From: a virus
UHGV virus genome: UHGV-0116246
Direction: 5' to 3' (one strand)
Length of the DNA: 45,113 bases
Below, in pieces: positions 16,657 through 26,309 of the stretch (position 1 is the stretch's first letter; each line of letters begins with the position of its first letter). Under the pieces are notes generated by a model. It was given only the letters and a program-made list of their open reading frames with translations. It was not told where the DNA came from and made no database searches. The position numbers and the translations under genes were made by a program.

Positions 16657-17121
16657 ATGATATCAGAAAATTATATTCACAGTCATGATGAAACAGCTAA
16701 ATTGATAAAAATACCTGAACATTTGGGAGTATTAACAATAGATGGTTGCTTAAAAAATGGAGAAGTGCATATAGATGATGAGATGGTAGATATAATAAGC
16801 ATACTTTGGAATAAATATAAAATAGGAACTGTAGGTTGTTGTAAAGGCTATAAGGAAAATAAGACATTGAAAGATAATATAGCATGGATACAAATTGGTT
16901 CTGGTTGGAGTGAAAGAGAATATCCTAAATGGATAATAGATATTTTAATAAGAGAAACTATGAAAGCTATAAGTAAAGAAGCTAAATTTCCAATATTGCT
17001 ATATGATCCAAGATGTGTACCTTGTTACACTCCGAAAGGATACTTAACAGAAAAGCATTATGAGGAATTAGTAAAATCAGGGTATGAAATAGATATACCA
17101 ATAGAGGTTATAAAAATATAA
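16657..17121 (+). CDS. Hypothetical Cys-containing protein
   Basis: 154 aa. AAAAGGAGG RBS. GTVGCCKGY, CVPC motifs. Confidence 0.45.
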   Translation: MISENYIHSHDETAKLIKIPEHLGVLTIDGCLKNGEVHIDDEMVDIISILWNKYKIGTVGCCKGYKENKTLKDNIAWIQIGSGWSEREYPKWIIDILIRETMKAISKEAKFPILLYDPRCVPCYTPKGYLTEKHYEELVKSGYEIDIPIEVIKI

Positions 17122-17147
17122 AAAAGAAAAAGAGGGAATATCCCTCT
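17119..17147 (-). terminator. Hairpin AGAGGGAATATCCCTCT with flanking A/T runs; terminator for the minus-strand small gene (also caps + strand gene)
   Basis: Perfect 7-bp stem. T-run on minus strand. Confidence 0.5.
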
Positions 17148-17159
17148 TTCCATGAAGTT

Positions 17160-17366
17160 TTAGCCCTTGTGTGCTTTGTTACAACAATAGTAGCATCCAT
17201 CAGCATTGTATCCTAAATTTTTAGCAGCTTTTACAGCTTCTATCTCATTCAGATGATATCCAATAGAAGTTGTATGAAGTGCTTTTTTCCCATGAGTACA
17301 ATCAGTAGTATGAACTTCGTTATAACCTTTGTTATCTTTTGTTAGGTTAACTATATAATTAGGCAT
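17160..17366 (-). CDS. Small His/Cys-rich (metal-binding-like) protein; opposite-strand moron
   Basis: 68 aa, HTTDCTHGKKALHTT...DGCYYCCNKAHKG. Own RBS and terminator. The only minus-strand gene in the rightward region. Confidence 0.45.
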   Translation of the reverse strand: MPNYIVNLTKDNKGYNEVHTTDCTHGKKALHTTSIGYHLNEIEAVKAAKNLGYNADGCYYCCNKAHKG

Positions 17367-17500
17367 ATTTTTACCTCCTTTCTTTTATAAAATGTAGTAG
17401 CAACATATTATAACTTTTTGGAGAGAATATTTTAAATAAAAAATAGAAATAGTGGGTATTTTAACTACGTAAAGATAATTATTGAATGAATAATTTCCTG

Positions 17501-17531
17501 ATTAATACTCTTACATGATAAGAGTAGTAAT
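17501..17531. promoter_or_regulatory. Palindrome ATTAATACTCTTA-catga-TAAGAGTAgTAAT upstream of terminase genes
   Basis: 8-bp perfect arms extended to 13 with one mismatch. ~40 bp upstream of terS start. Confidence 0.3.
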
Positions 17532-17566
17532 GAGGTAAGGAGCAACAAGGAGGTGTCACAGATGGT

Positions 17567-18265
17567 GTGAAAGATCATGAATTAGCAAAAATAGATTATT
17601 TAGCTGGAATAAATATAAAAGAAATAGCAGCTAAATATAATGTAACAGAAGCAGCAGTAAGAAAATGGAAGTCACGCCATAAGTGGGGCGTCACAAAAGG
17701 AGTGTCACAGTGTGACAATGTGACAACTAACAAAAAGAACAAAATAGATTGGTTAAAGCTAGAAACTGAATATGTCACAGATATATCTGAAAAACCTGTC
17801 ACACTCAAAGCGTTAAGTGAAAAATATGATATCAGTTTCAATACCATTCAAGATTATTCAGCTGAAAAAGATTGGAGCAACAAAAGAAAGGAATATTACA
17901 TAAAAGTCACGGAAAAAACCAAAGAAAAATTATCTGATGAAATATCTGATGTAATGGCTAGTGTATTAAATAATATTAATACAGCCTTGCTACAAGCTAC
18001 AGAAGAGCTGAATATCTATGAAGAAGTTAATGGCTTTGGAAAGCTCGTTACTCACGAGACTGATACAGTGAGAGTGAATAAACTAGGAACATTAGTAAAA
18101 GCTTTAACTTCATTGCAAAAGATAGAGATAGAAAAGCAAAGGCTGGAGATTGAAAAGGAAAAAGTATATGGAACAGGAAATGAAGAAGGTAAGACTTCAG
18201 GCAGCATAGAAAAAGCTAAAAGTATTCTAATTAAACTAAGAGGTAGCAATGAAAGCGATAGATAA
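17567..18265 (+). CDS. terS: Terminase small subunit
   Basis: N-terminal HTH (EIAAKYNVTEAAVRKWKSRHKW). Immediately precedes large terminase with overlap. Confidence 0.5.
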   Translation: MKDHELAKIDYLAGINIKEIAAKYNVTEAAVRKWKSRHKWGVTKGVSQCDNVTTNKKNKIDWLKLETEYVTDISEKPVTLKALSEKYDISFNTIQDYSAEKDWSNKRKEYYIKVTEKTKEKLSDEISDVMASVLNNINTALLQATEELNIYEEVNGFGKLVTHETDTVRVNKLGTLVKALTSLQKIEIEKQRLEIEKEKVYGTGNEEGKTSGSIEKAKSILIKLRGSNESDR

Positions 18266-19841
18266 CCTTATAAGATTATTTAAAATAAATAACCAACCTG
18301 AATATGCAGAAAGTGATATATTCCATAAGTTCATAGAAGAAAAAAAACTAGAACATGAGCTTGAGGAAATGACGCAGGATTTAGAAAAGTATTCAGATGA
18401 TGAGCTTTTAGAATTAGTTGAAGCTAATAATATTCTATGTCAGAACTCTTATTATTCATACTTTAAGCAAAGTTTTACAACTAATAATCCTCTTGTTATT
18501 GGTGAACATATAGAACTTATTTGTGATGTCCTCACTTTAGCAGAAAGAGGTTTATTTAAAGATAAAGATACTAAAACAAGGATAGCTATATCAGTCCCAC
18601 CTAGACATCTTAAAAGCACATCTATAACAAATTGTTTTCCTAGCTGGTTTATGGGAAAAGATGACTGGCGAAATTGCATAGTAACAAGTTATGGAGATAA
18701 TCTAGTCCAAAAAGCAGGACAAAAGAATAGAGAAAAAATATTTGAGCTAGCAGGACCATTATTTGGGGTTAAAGTTAGAACAGATGTATCTCAAAAATCT
18801 ATGTGGGAATTAAAAGGTGGTGGAAGATTTAAGGGAGCTACAATAAGAGGGGGAGCAACAGGAGAAGGGGCTGAACTTCTTATAATAGACGATCCAGTAA
18901 AAAATAGAGAAGAAGCAAATTCAAAGAATATTCAAGAAAGAAATTGGGACGAATACAATGATACTTATTTAACAAGAGTACATAATAACGGTATTATAAT
19001 CCTGATAATGACAAGATGGCATAATAGTGACCTAAGAGGAAAGATTGAAGAATCTGAAAAACATTTAAAATGGCTAAAACTAGACTTAATGGCTATATGT
19101 GAAACAGAAGAAGAAACAGCATTAGACCCATTAGGGAGAGAAATAGGTCAAGCTCTATATCCACAAAAGTATGATGAGAAATATTTTGAGCCTTTTAAAG
19201 CTAATCCTAGAACTTGGTGGAGCTTATACAAGCAAAAACCACAAGTTGATAGTGGTGAATACTTCCAAAGAAATTATTTTAGATATTTTGAATGGGATAA
19301 TAACTTTGTGTATTTGTATGATGAAACAGGAATAAAGAAGTTCCTACATGATAGTTGCTATGTATTTCAGACTATAGATACAGCTCAAAAAGATGGTAAA
19401 GCAAATGATGAAACAGTTATCTTAACTGTTATAGTAACACCTGAAAAGGATTTACTCATAGTTGATTGTTATCATGGAAGAATAAAAGTTCCAGAACAGG
19501 AAAAGATGATTGATAAATATTGGAATAAATGGACTTGTAGTTTCCAAGCTATAGAAGATAAACAATCAGGAACAGGAATAATACAAAAACTTGTATCACA
19601 GGGTAGACCTATAGAAACTCTTAAAGCTGTAGGGGATAAGATAGAAAGAGCAACAACAGCAATTCTGTATTATGCAAATTCTAAAATATATCACCTTAAA
19701 AACGCTGAATGGTTAGGAAGTCTTGAAAATCAATTACTGGAATTTCCAAATGCAAAACATGATGATATAGTAGATTGCGTTTCATACTCTGCTTTAGTTG
19801 TAGCTGATAGAAGTAATAAATCTAGTATAGGAGGTGAATAG
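18249..19841 (+). CDS. terL: Terminase large subunit
   Basis: 530 aa. Walker B-like LLIIDDP, C-terminal RNaseH-like nuclease residues (HDDIVDCVSYSALVV). Confidence 0.8.
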   Translation: MKAIDNLIRLFKINNQPEYAESDIFHKFIEEKKLEHELEEMTQDLEKYSDDELLELVEANNILCQNSYYSYFKQSFTTNNPLVIGEHIELICDVLTLAERGLFKDKDTKTRIAISVPPRHLKSTSITNCFPSWFMGKDDWRNCIVTSYGDNLVQKAGQKNREKIFELAGPLFGVKVRTDVSQKSMWELKGGGRFKGATIRGGATGEGAELLIIDDPVKNREEANSKNIQERNWDEYNDTYLTRVHNNGIIILIMTRWHNSDLRGKIEESEKHLKWLKLDLMAICETEEETALDPLGREIGQALYPQKYDEKYFEPFKANPRTWWSLYKQKPQVDSGEYFQRNYFRYFEWDNNFVYLYDETGIKKFLHDSCYVFQTIDTAQKDGKANDETVILTVIVTPEKDLLIVDCYHGRIKVPEQEKMIDKYWNKWTCSFQAIEDKQSGTGIIQKLVSQGRPIETLKAVGDKIERATTAILYYANSKIYHLKNAEWLGSLENQLLEFPNAKHDDIVDCVSYSALVVADRSNKSSIGGE

Positions 19842-21134
19842 GTGAGTAAAAAAAATAAAAAACAAAATTTTCTACAAAGTGATAATCCAAACTCTACCAA
19901 AGGAGATACAATCCTTGACCCAGTAGCCTCACAAGTAGTAGGAGAAGAACGGAGATTACAACAAAAAGAAATAGATGTTATGCATAATGACTATGCTTTT
20001 TGTAAAAGGATATTGAGAGAAATTGCTGGAGCTAGTTTAAAGTCTGGCTTTATTGTTAAAAGTGGTAATGAAGAACTTGATTTAAAAGTAATGAAGAGAT
20101 TTACAGAATTGGAGTGTAGTGATTATATAGTTGAGCTTCTTATAAATGGATTAAAAGATGGAATTTGTTTTATGTTTCCAATAGTAGAAGGTTCTAGTTT
20201 AGAAACTGGGAAAGAACTTGATTTAAGAAAGATAAACAGGATAAGAGATATTAATTTGTTTTATGCCAGAGATATAAACCAAATTCAAAGACAAATGGAT
20301 AAGACAATAGAAAGGTATGGAGAATGTAAGAATGTAGATTTTAAAAATCCCTATGGAAAAGTTCAAAATATAAAAATAGATTCTTCATGGCTAATCATAT
20401 ATGAGCCTTATCCAAGAGTTGATAAGTACACGCCTTTATCCTCAGAATATGGAGATTCCTTCTATAAAGCTTTATGGGATTTATTAATAGTTAAAGATAA
20501 TGGGATATGGAGCGTAGGGCAGTTAGCTTATGCTATGTTACTAAAAAAATTAAAAATAGGAGATCAGACTAAATTAGATTCCATTTTAAATAGGATAGGA
20601 AAAGATAAATACCAAGTAAAAAAAGAAATGGAAATAAATTCAAGCACTCTTATAACTTTAGGAAAAGATGATGACTTGCAAGCTGTAGGTTTTACGCAAG
20701 GACTAAATATAAAGGACCTAAAGGATTATATATACAATGAGTTGTCAGCAGCGTTAGGAATACCAATGTCAAAGCTTGTAGGAAGTTCACAAGGAGCTTT
20801 AGCAAGTGCAAAAGAGGATTCTAATAGATGGTATGAATATATAGAAGCTTTTCAAAAAGATAACTTAGATGAGATATTGAGAAAGATTATAAAACTACTC
20901 TATGCAGAACAAAAAAAATATGATATTGAATTTGAGTTAGAATTTAACTCTATAAGAGCTGTTGATGAAAAAGAGAAAGCTGAAATAGGAAAAATAGAAG
21001 CAGAAGCATTAAAAATAAATGTAGAAGCATTAGTTCAAATGCAGAAGATGATAGAAGGTATTGAAATAGAAAAAGCTACATTAGAATCTCTTAAAGACAC
21101 ATTACTTAATAAAATTAAAGATTTGAGTATATAG
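19842..21134 (+). CDS. Portal protein
   Basis: 430 aa, GTG start. Position between terminase and head morphogenesis gene. Confidence 0.6.
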   Translation: MSKKNKKQNFLQSDNPNSTKGDTILDPVASQVVGEERRLQQKEIDVMHNDYAFCKRILREIAGASLKSGFIVKSGNEELDLKVMKRFTELECSDYIVELLINGLKDGICFMFPIVEGSSLETGKELDLRKINRIRDINLFYARDINQIQRQMDKTIERYGECKNVDFKNPYGKVQNIKIDSSWLIIYEPYPRVDKYTPLSSEYGDSFYKALWDLLIVKDNGIWSVGQLAYAMLLKKLKIGDQTKLDSILNRIGKDKYQVKKEMEINSSTLITLGKDDDLQAVGFTQGLNIKDLKDYIYNELSAALGIPMSKLVGSSQGALASAKEDSNRWYEYIEAFQKDNLDEILRKIIKLLYAEQKKYDIEFELEFNSIRAVDEKEKAEIGKIEAEALKINVEALVQMQKMIEGIEIEKATLESLKDTLLNKIKDLSI

Positions 21135-21143
21135 AGGTGAAAT

Positions 21144-21896
21144 ATGAAAGATAATTTCCCTTTTCATATAGAACTTGCATATTCTAAAACTTTAAAAAAG
21201 TTAGTAACAGAAATAGAGGATAAATTCAAAGAAATATTTTTAAAAGGTAAAACAAATAGTATTGATTATAAATTTAACTCAAATTCTGATAAAGAAAAAG
21301 AGTTCCTAGAATATTTTGAGGAACTTTTAACAACAGAATATGCTTTTGATTTATGTATAGATTACATACTAGAAACAGTTGAATACTCTATAAATACAGT
21401 CAATTCATCAGTTTCTGAAATACTAGGAGTAGCTTTTAAAGAACAGCCTTATTACAATGAGGAAATTATAAAAAATCTATTAGAAGAAAATATAAAGCTT
21501 ATTAAAGCAGAGCCTACTAAATATCTTAGAACATATGATAAACAAGTAACTAAACTTGTAAAAGAAAAAATAGAAGAGGGCTTAACTTTAGATGATTTAG
21601 TACAAGCAATACAAAATACAACTGGAATAGAAAAGAACAGAGCCGCTTTAATAGCAGCAGATCAAGTTGGGAATGTGTTCGCAGAATCAACCAAAGCCCA
21701 ATTTAAGGGAATAGGATTAAAAAAATTCATTTGGGTAACCGCAGGAGATGCAAGGGTGAGACCAACTCACGCTGAAAGAAATGGAAACATTTATGAATGG
21801 GATAACCCACCAGATGGAGAGATACCAGGTAGACCGATAAGGTGTAGATGCACAGCAGATATAGTTGAATCAGAAGTATTGATGTTAGCAGCATAA
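21144..21896 (+). CDS. Head morphogenesis protein (SPP1 gp7 / Mu F-like)
   Basis: C-terminal GDARVRPTHAERNGNIYEWDNPP...RCRCT hallmark. Confidence 0.8.
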   Translation: MKDNFPFHIELAYSKTLKKLVTEIEDKFKEIFLKGKTNSIDYKFNSNSDKEKEFLEYFEELLTTEYAFDLCIDYILETVEYSINTVNSSVSEILGVAFKEQPYYNEEIIKNLLEENIKLIKAEPTKYLRTYDKQVTKLVKEKIEEGLTLDDLVQAIQNTTGIEKNRAALIAADQVGNVFAESTKAQFKGIGLKKFIWVTAGDARVRPTHAERNGNIYEWDNPPDGEIPGRPIRCRCTADIVESEVLMLAA

Positions 21897-21912
21897 AAGG
21901 AGGTGATAAAGG

Positions 21913-22989
21913 TTGAGTATGCTAAAGAAAAATGCAATGTTTCAGGTCCAAAAAACCAATGAAACAACAGAAGGATTTTTAAAAGTTACTGGTTATATTT
22001 CTGAAGCTGATAAAGTTATGGAATATGTCGATTGGTGGAATGAAACTATAACTAGAGAAATTATTCCATTAGAAGAGCTTGAAAAAGTTATTCCGCAAAC
22101 CAATGGACTTATAATGACCGATTTACACCCTTGGGAATTTATTGATGCTAAAAATGCTAAAGAATATATAAGAGGGTATGTTACTAATGTCTATGGAATA
22201 GAAGAAAATAAACTAAAAGTAGATTTATTAGTAATAGATTCTGATTTAATAAATGATATCAGAAGCGGAAAGAAAAATCAATTCAGTATAGGCTATTGGT
22301 GTGAAATGCTTAAAGAAAGTGGATATACAGCTTCAGGAGAAAGTTATGATTACAAGCAAGTGAATTTAACACTTAATCATGTAGCTTTAGTACCACAAGG
22401 ACGAGCAGGAGAAGAAGTCGGAGTAATAACAATGAACTCTAAAGATGAGAACATAAGTTATCAAAAAGGAATGTATAAAAAACAAAATACAAGAGGAGGA
22501 AAAATGGGAATAAAATACAACGGAAAAGAGATGGAAGCGCATGAACTGCACTCTGAATTAATATTAAGAGATTCACAATTGACAGCAGTTAAAAATGAGA
22601 AAGGAATTTTAGAAGGTAAATTAGCAGCTAAAGAAGTTGAACTTCAAGAAGCAAATACAAAGTTAAATGGATTTGAAGAAAGAATAAAAAATGAAGTAGC
22701 AGCAAAAATAAATGCTATTTCTGAAGTTTCTAAATTAACAGGAGAAAATCCAGAGGAACTTGTAAAACTAAACACAATGGAACTTAAAAAGAAAGTTATA
22801 AATAAAGCTTTTTCAGGTATAGACCTTGAGAACAAAGAAGATTCTTATATAAATGGAGTATATGAAGCCTCAATTGTTAAATTAAATTCTTCTCTCCCAG
22901 TAACAACAGAAGGAGAAGGAAAAAAAGAAAAAGAAAATGGAATGGATAAATTAAAAAAAGCAGTAGAGAATATGGGAGGTGCTAAATAA
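21913..22989 (+). CDS. Putative capsid scaffolding protein (DUF2213-like N-terminus + coiled-coil C-terminus)
   Basis: Position before capsid gene. Long coiled coil after residue 200. Confidence 0.4.
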   Translation: MSMLKKNAMFQVQKTNETTEGFLKVTGYISEADKVMEYVDWWNETITREIIPLEELEKVIPQTNGLIMTDLHPWEFIDAKNAKEYIRGYVTNVYGIEENKLKVDLLVIDSDLINDIRSGKKNQFSIGYWCEMLKESGYTASGESYDYKQVNLTLNHVALVPQGRAGEEVGVITMNSKDENISYQKGMYKKQNTRGGKMGIKYNGKEMEAHELHSELILRDSQLTAVKNEKGILEGKLAAKEVELQEANTKLNGFEERIKNEVAAKINAISEVSKLTGENPEELVKLNTMELKKKVINKAFSGIDLENKEDSYINGVYEASIVKLNSSLPVTTEGEGKKEKENGMDKLKKAVENMGGAK

Positions 22990-23399
22990 TGAATGTTAGA
23001 AAAGATGGAATGTTAGCTAAAACACTATCTACATATGACCAATTCGGATATTTTTACAATGAAGAAGTAATTCCATTTGGAACTGGAGTTATGAGAGGAA
23101 CAGATAAAGAAACACAATGTAAATTAATGACAACAGGGGGCTCATTTTTAGGTGTTGCAGGGTATAGAGGTGTAAATGTAACTGATGCAAGAGAATACCC
23201 AATTAAGTCAACTGTTGAAGTAATAACAAAAGGACATGTTTGGGTAAAAGCTGCTTCTACTGTTGTAGCTGGAGATAAAGCAGCATGTGGAGAAAATGGA
23301 AAGTTTGCAAAGACAGGAACATTAAATTATGATGATATAGATGGAGTTTTTGAAACTTCTGCTAATTCTGGTGAATACGCTATATTATGGTTAAAATAA
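22989..23399 (+). CDS. Small head protein (DUF2190-like, decoration/structural)
   Basis: 136 aa, Gly-rich. Position between scaffold and major capsid. Confidence 0.35.
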   Translation: MNVRKDGMLAKTLSTYDQFGYFYNEEVIPFGTGVMRGTDKETQCKLMTTGGSFLGVAGYRGVNVTDAREYPIKSTVEVITKGHVWVKAASTVVAGDKAACGENGKFAKTGTLNYDDIDGVFETSANSGEYAILWLK

Positions 23400-23409
23400 G
23401 GAGGAATAG

Positions 23410-24327
23410 ATGAAAGATATTGGAAATAAACAAATTAAAATAAATGCTATGGGGGTCCCTGTAGATGGAATAAGAGATGTTTATGCTGGAGCATTGGCTG
23501 ATGTAATAGAGGCTAAAAGAACACCATTAGAAGCAAGAGAAATAATTCCAAGAATTACAAATTTAGATGGAGTTGACATCTCAACAAGACACATAACTTA
23601 TACAAGATATACGTTTGATGGGAAAGCAGTTATAACTGATTTGAAACCTAAGACAGTACCAACTGTTGTTGGAGATGCAAAACTAGAAACATTCCCATTA
23701 AAATGGATTTCTGTTGGAGTAGAAACAGATGTAAATGAGTTAGATGATATAAGAACTGGTAAGGTATACCCATTAAATAGAACTGAAAAAGCTTTCAGAA
23801 TAGTAGCTGAAACAGAAAATAATTTTCTATTAAATGGATTTAAGGCTTTAGGAATAGAAGGTATCAATAATCAAACTGCTGGAATTAATACAGTAGCTGC
23901 TGGGGCTCAATGGGCAACCGCCACAGGATCACAAATTGTGGAAGATATTAGAAAAATGAAAGAAGCTATGGAAACTGGAAAAAAATTTGTTGCTAGAACT
24001 TTAAACTTGCCACAAAAATTAGACTTTATATTAGATAGACCATATACAGATAAAGATGGAAAAGAGATATCTGATGCTAAGTCTATAAGAGAAGTATTAG
24101 AGGGTAAAAAATACTTTGAAAGAATTAAATCTGTAATAGGGATAGATACTCCTATTGGATTGGATGATATTCCAAGCAATATGGGATTTGTTGCCGTACA
24201 AGATATTACAATTGGAGAGGAATACATGGAGGGTAGAAGCAGAATAACACCAATTGAAGAAAAAATATCTCCATTCGTAGTATTAGAGCCAGAAGCAATA
24301 GTAAAATTAACAGGAGCGACAGCATAG
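23410..24327 (+). CDS. Major capsid protein (DUF2184-like)
   Basis: 305 aa. Canonical position. Confidence 0.5.
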   Translation: MKDIGNKQIKINAMGVPVDGIRDVYAGALADVIEAKRTPLEAREIIPRITNLDGVDISTRHITYTRYTFDGKAVITDLKPKTVPTVVGDAKLETFPLKWISVGVETDVNELDDIRTGKVYPLNRTEKAFRIVAETENNFLLNGFKALGIEGINNQTAGINTVAAGAQWATATGSQIVEDIRKMKEAMETGKKFVARTLNLPQKLDFILDRPYTDKDGKEISDAKSIREVLEGKKYFERIKSVIGIDTPIGLDDIPSNMGFVAVQDITIGEEYMEGRSRITPIEEKISPFVVLEPEAIVKLTGATA

Positions 24328-24336
24328 GAGGAAATA

Positions 24337-24570
24337 ATGAAAATAAAATTTGAAAATAATAGCAATAGTAAAATTTGGATCTCTGATTTTTGTTTTATAC
24401 CAGGGACATCAATCGCAGATGTAACGTTAACACAAAAGGAAGAAATTGAAAGAATTGTAAAAAATAACAATTCTATAGCAAAAGCAATTAAAGAGAAATT
24501 GTTAAAAATTGAATTTGCTGAAAGCTTTGAAGAAAAAGAAAGTAAAAAAGATAAAAAAAATGATTACTAG
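24337..24570 (+). CDS. Hypothetical protein
   Basis: 77 aa. Confidence 0.35.
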   Translation: MKIKFENNSNSKIWISDFCFIPGTSIADVTLTQKEEIERIVKNNNSIAKAIKEKLLKIEFAESFEEKESKKDKKNDY

Positions 24571-24579
24571 GAGGTAAAA

Positions 24580-24954
24580 ATGTCTTTATCACCAATAACA
24601 ACTGTTGAAAAAATAAAAAAAACATATAGAGAAGTAGGTGAAGAAACGGAAGATGTTATTCAACTTCAGATGGAATATGCAGCTCTTTTGGTTGATAAAG
24701 ACATCAAAAATGGAGCTTTAGATGCTGACTATAGAGAGATGGCAGAAACATATATGACTTGCCATCTCCTATATATGAATTATCTAAAAACTTCTGAAGA
24801 TAAAATATCTGATACACAGGATAAAAAGCTTACTCCTAAAATGGGTACTGGATTGCAAGGAAGTCCATATGGACAAATGTATTTATCGTTTTACAGTATG
24901 ACAGGAGCAGTTGATGCTGATAGACCTGTAAGTGGAGTGGGATTCTTATCATGA
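24580..24954 (+). CDS. Putative head-tail connector protein
   Basis: 124 aa. Position. Confidence 0.35.
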   Translation: MSLSPITTVEKIKKTYREVGEETEDVIQLQMEYAALLVDKDIKNGALDADYREMAETYMTCHLLYMNYLKTSEDKISDTQDKKLTPKMGTGLQGSPYGQMYLSFYSMTGAVDADRPVSGVGFLS

Positions 24955-25439
24955 AATTTAAAGTAAAAATTAAAGAAACTCAATTAGGCAAAGCTTTAAA
25001 AAAGCTTAATAATGAAGGAAATGTATCTTTTAAAGTTGGAGTTTTTGGAAGCGACAACAAAATGGTAGATAAAAAAGGAAAGAAAAAAAACATGGTGCTT
25101 ATTGGAAGTGTACATGAATTTGGAACAAGTAAAATACCAGCTAGAAGATGGCTAAGCTTAGCATTTACAAGAAATGAAAAGTTTTATAAAGAATTAATAA
25201 AAGCAAATCTTAAAAAAATAGCAGAAGGTAAAATGACAATTGATAAGAGTAATGATATTATAGCTTTCACTTTAGCAAGCAGAACAAAAGCTGAATTAGG
25301 TAAAGATATGCCCCCTCCTCTTAAATATAGAAATGGGACACCATTAGTAGATAATGGAGATTTAAGAAGGAGTATAGGAACAAAAGTAGTTACTAGCAAG
25401 GGTATTTCAGAAACTAAAAAGTATGGTGATGATCTATGA
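24951..25439 (+). CDS. Putative head-tail joining / neck protein
   Basis: 162 aa. Position. Confidence 0.3.
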   Translation: MKFKVKIKETQLGKALKKLNNEGNVSFKVGVFGSDNKMVDKKGKKKNMVLIGSVHEFGTSKIPARRWLSLAFTRNEKFYKELIKANLKKIAEGKMTIDKSNDIIAFTLASRTKAELGKDMPPPLKYRNGTPLVDNGDLRRSIGTKVVTSKGISETKKYGDDL

Positions 25440-25789
25440 AAACATTCATGCATTCTCATATCATTAACAAATATTCTAAGGAATTTACCTTTACAAGAAA
25501 TAATAAAGGTGAAATAGTGGATGGAGTTCCTAAAATTAATAAAGAAACTTTTATCGGAAAGGCAGCAGTATTGCAACTGAATCCACTACAATTACAAGAT
25601 ATGAGTGATTATATAATAAGTGATAAAGTAGCGTATTTTTCTAAAAAACAAGATTATATCCCTAAAATAGGAGATACTTTTATATTAAATGGAAATAAAT
25701 ATATACTTCATAGACCATTAGATAATGATTATTTAAGTGATTATATAAGATTTATAGCAAGGAGGGACGTAGTTGGAGGCAGCGATTAA
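25436..25789 (+). CDS. Putative neck / tail completion protein
   Basis: 117 aa. Position. Confidence 0.3.
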   Translation: MKTFMHSHIINKYSKEFTFTRNNKGEIVDGVPKINKETFIGKAAVLQLNPLQLQDMSDYIISDKVAYFSKKQDYIPKIGDTFILNGNKYILHRPLDNDYLSDYIRFIARRDVVGGSD

Positions 25790-26309
25790 AAAAGAATTAA
25801 TTTCTTTTTGGTATAAATATCTAAGCGACAGAACATCTTATCCTTGCTTTTTAGATACTGTGGAACTGTCAGATGAAGATATAAAGGCTTATGGTGGTTA
25901 CCCTATAATAAAGTTCAATATCATTGAGGTAGATAGTACAAGCGAGGGAATATTGCCTATATCAAAAAAGAATGAAGAGATAGAAGAAATATACAAATTT
26001 CAAGCAAGGTATATGTTAGAATTTAATGTTTATTCAAGAGGAGATAAACCAGCAAATGTAGATAAACTTCTATATGAGCTATCAAATTCTAATATATTTT
26101 CAAGATATGCCAATAGCATAGATAAAACAAATTTAAGATTTAAAGATTTGGTTTTGAGAGATGAAATTAATATTACAAATGTTAATGAGTTTCTACAAGA
26201 CCAATCAGTGGCAAGATATAGATATCAACAACAATTTTTAGCTGAAGTGGTTACAAATTATATTATACCTAAAGCTAAAACAGCAATTATAGAGGAGGTT
26301 AAAGAGTGA
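25773..26309 (+). CDS. Putative tail completion protein
   Basis: 178 aa. Position. Confidence 0.3.
   Translation: MEAAIKKELISFWYKYLSDRTSYPCFLDTVELSDEDIKAYGGYPIIKFNIIEVDSTSEGILPISKKNEEIEEIYKFQARYMLEFNVYSRGDKPANVDKLLYELSNSNIFSRYANSIDKTNLRFKDLVLRDEINITNVNEFLQDQSVARYRYQQQFLAEVVTNYIIPKAKTAIIEEVKE

Noticed and set aside
22644-25576. Several minus-strand ORFs (22644-22835, 23598-23867, 23907-24470, 25184-25576, 26461-26712, 27877-28092, 33439-33648, 34195-34554, 35592-36095, 36191-36427, 37445-37687, 38533-38727, 40487-40831)
   Set aside because: All lie antisense to strongly supported structural genes and have Ser/Phe/Leu/Ile-rich low-complexity translations typical of antisense frames in AT-rich DNA.
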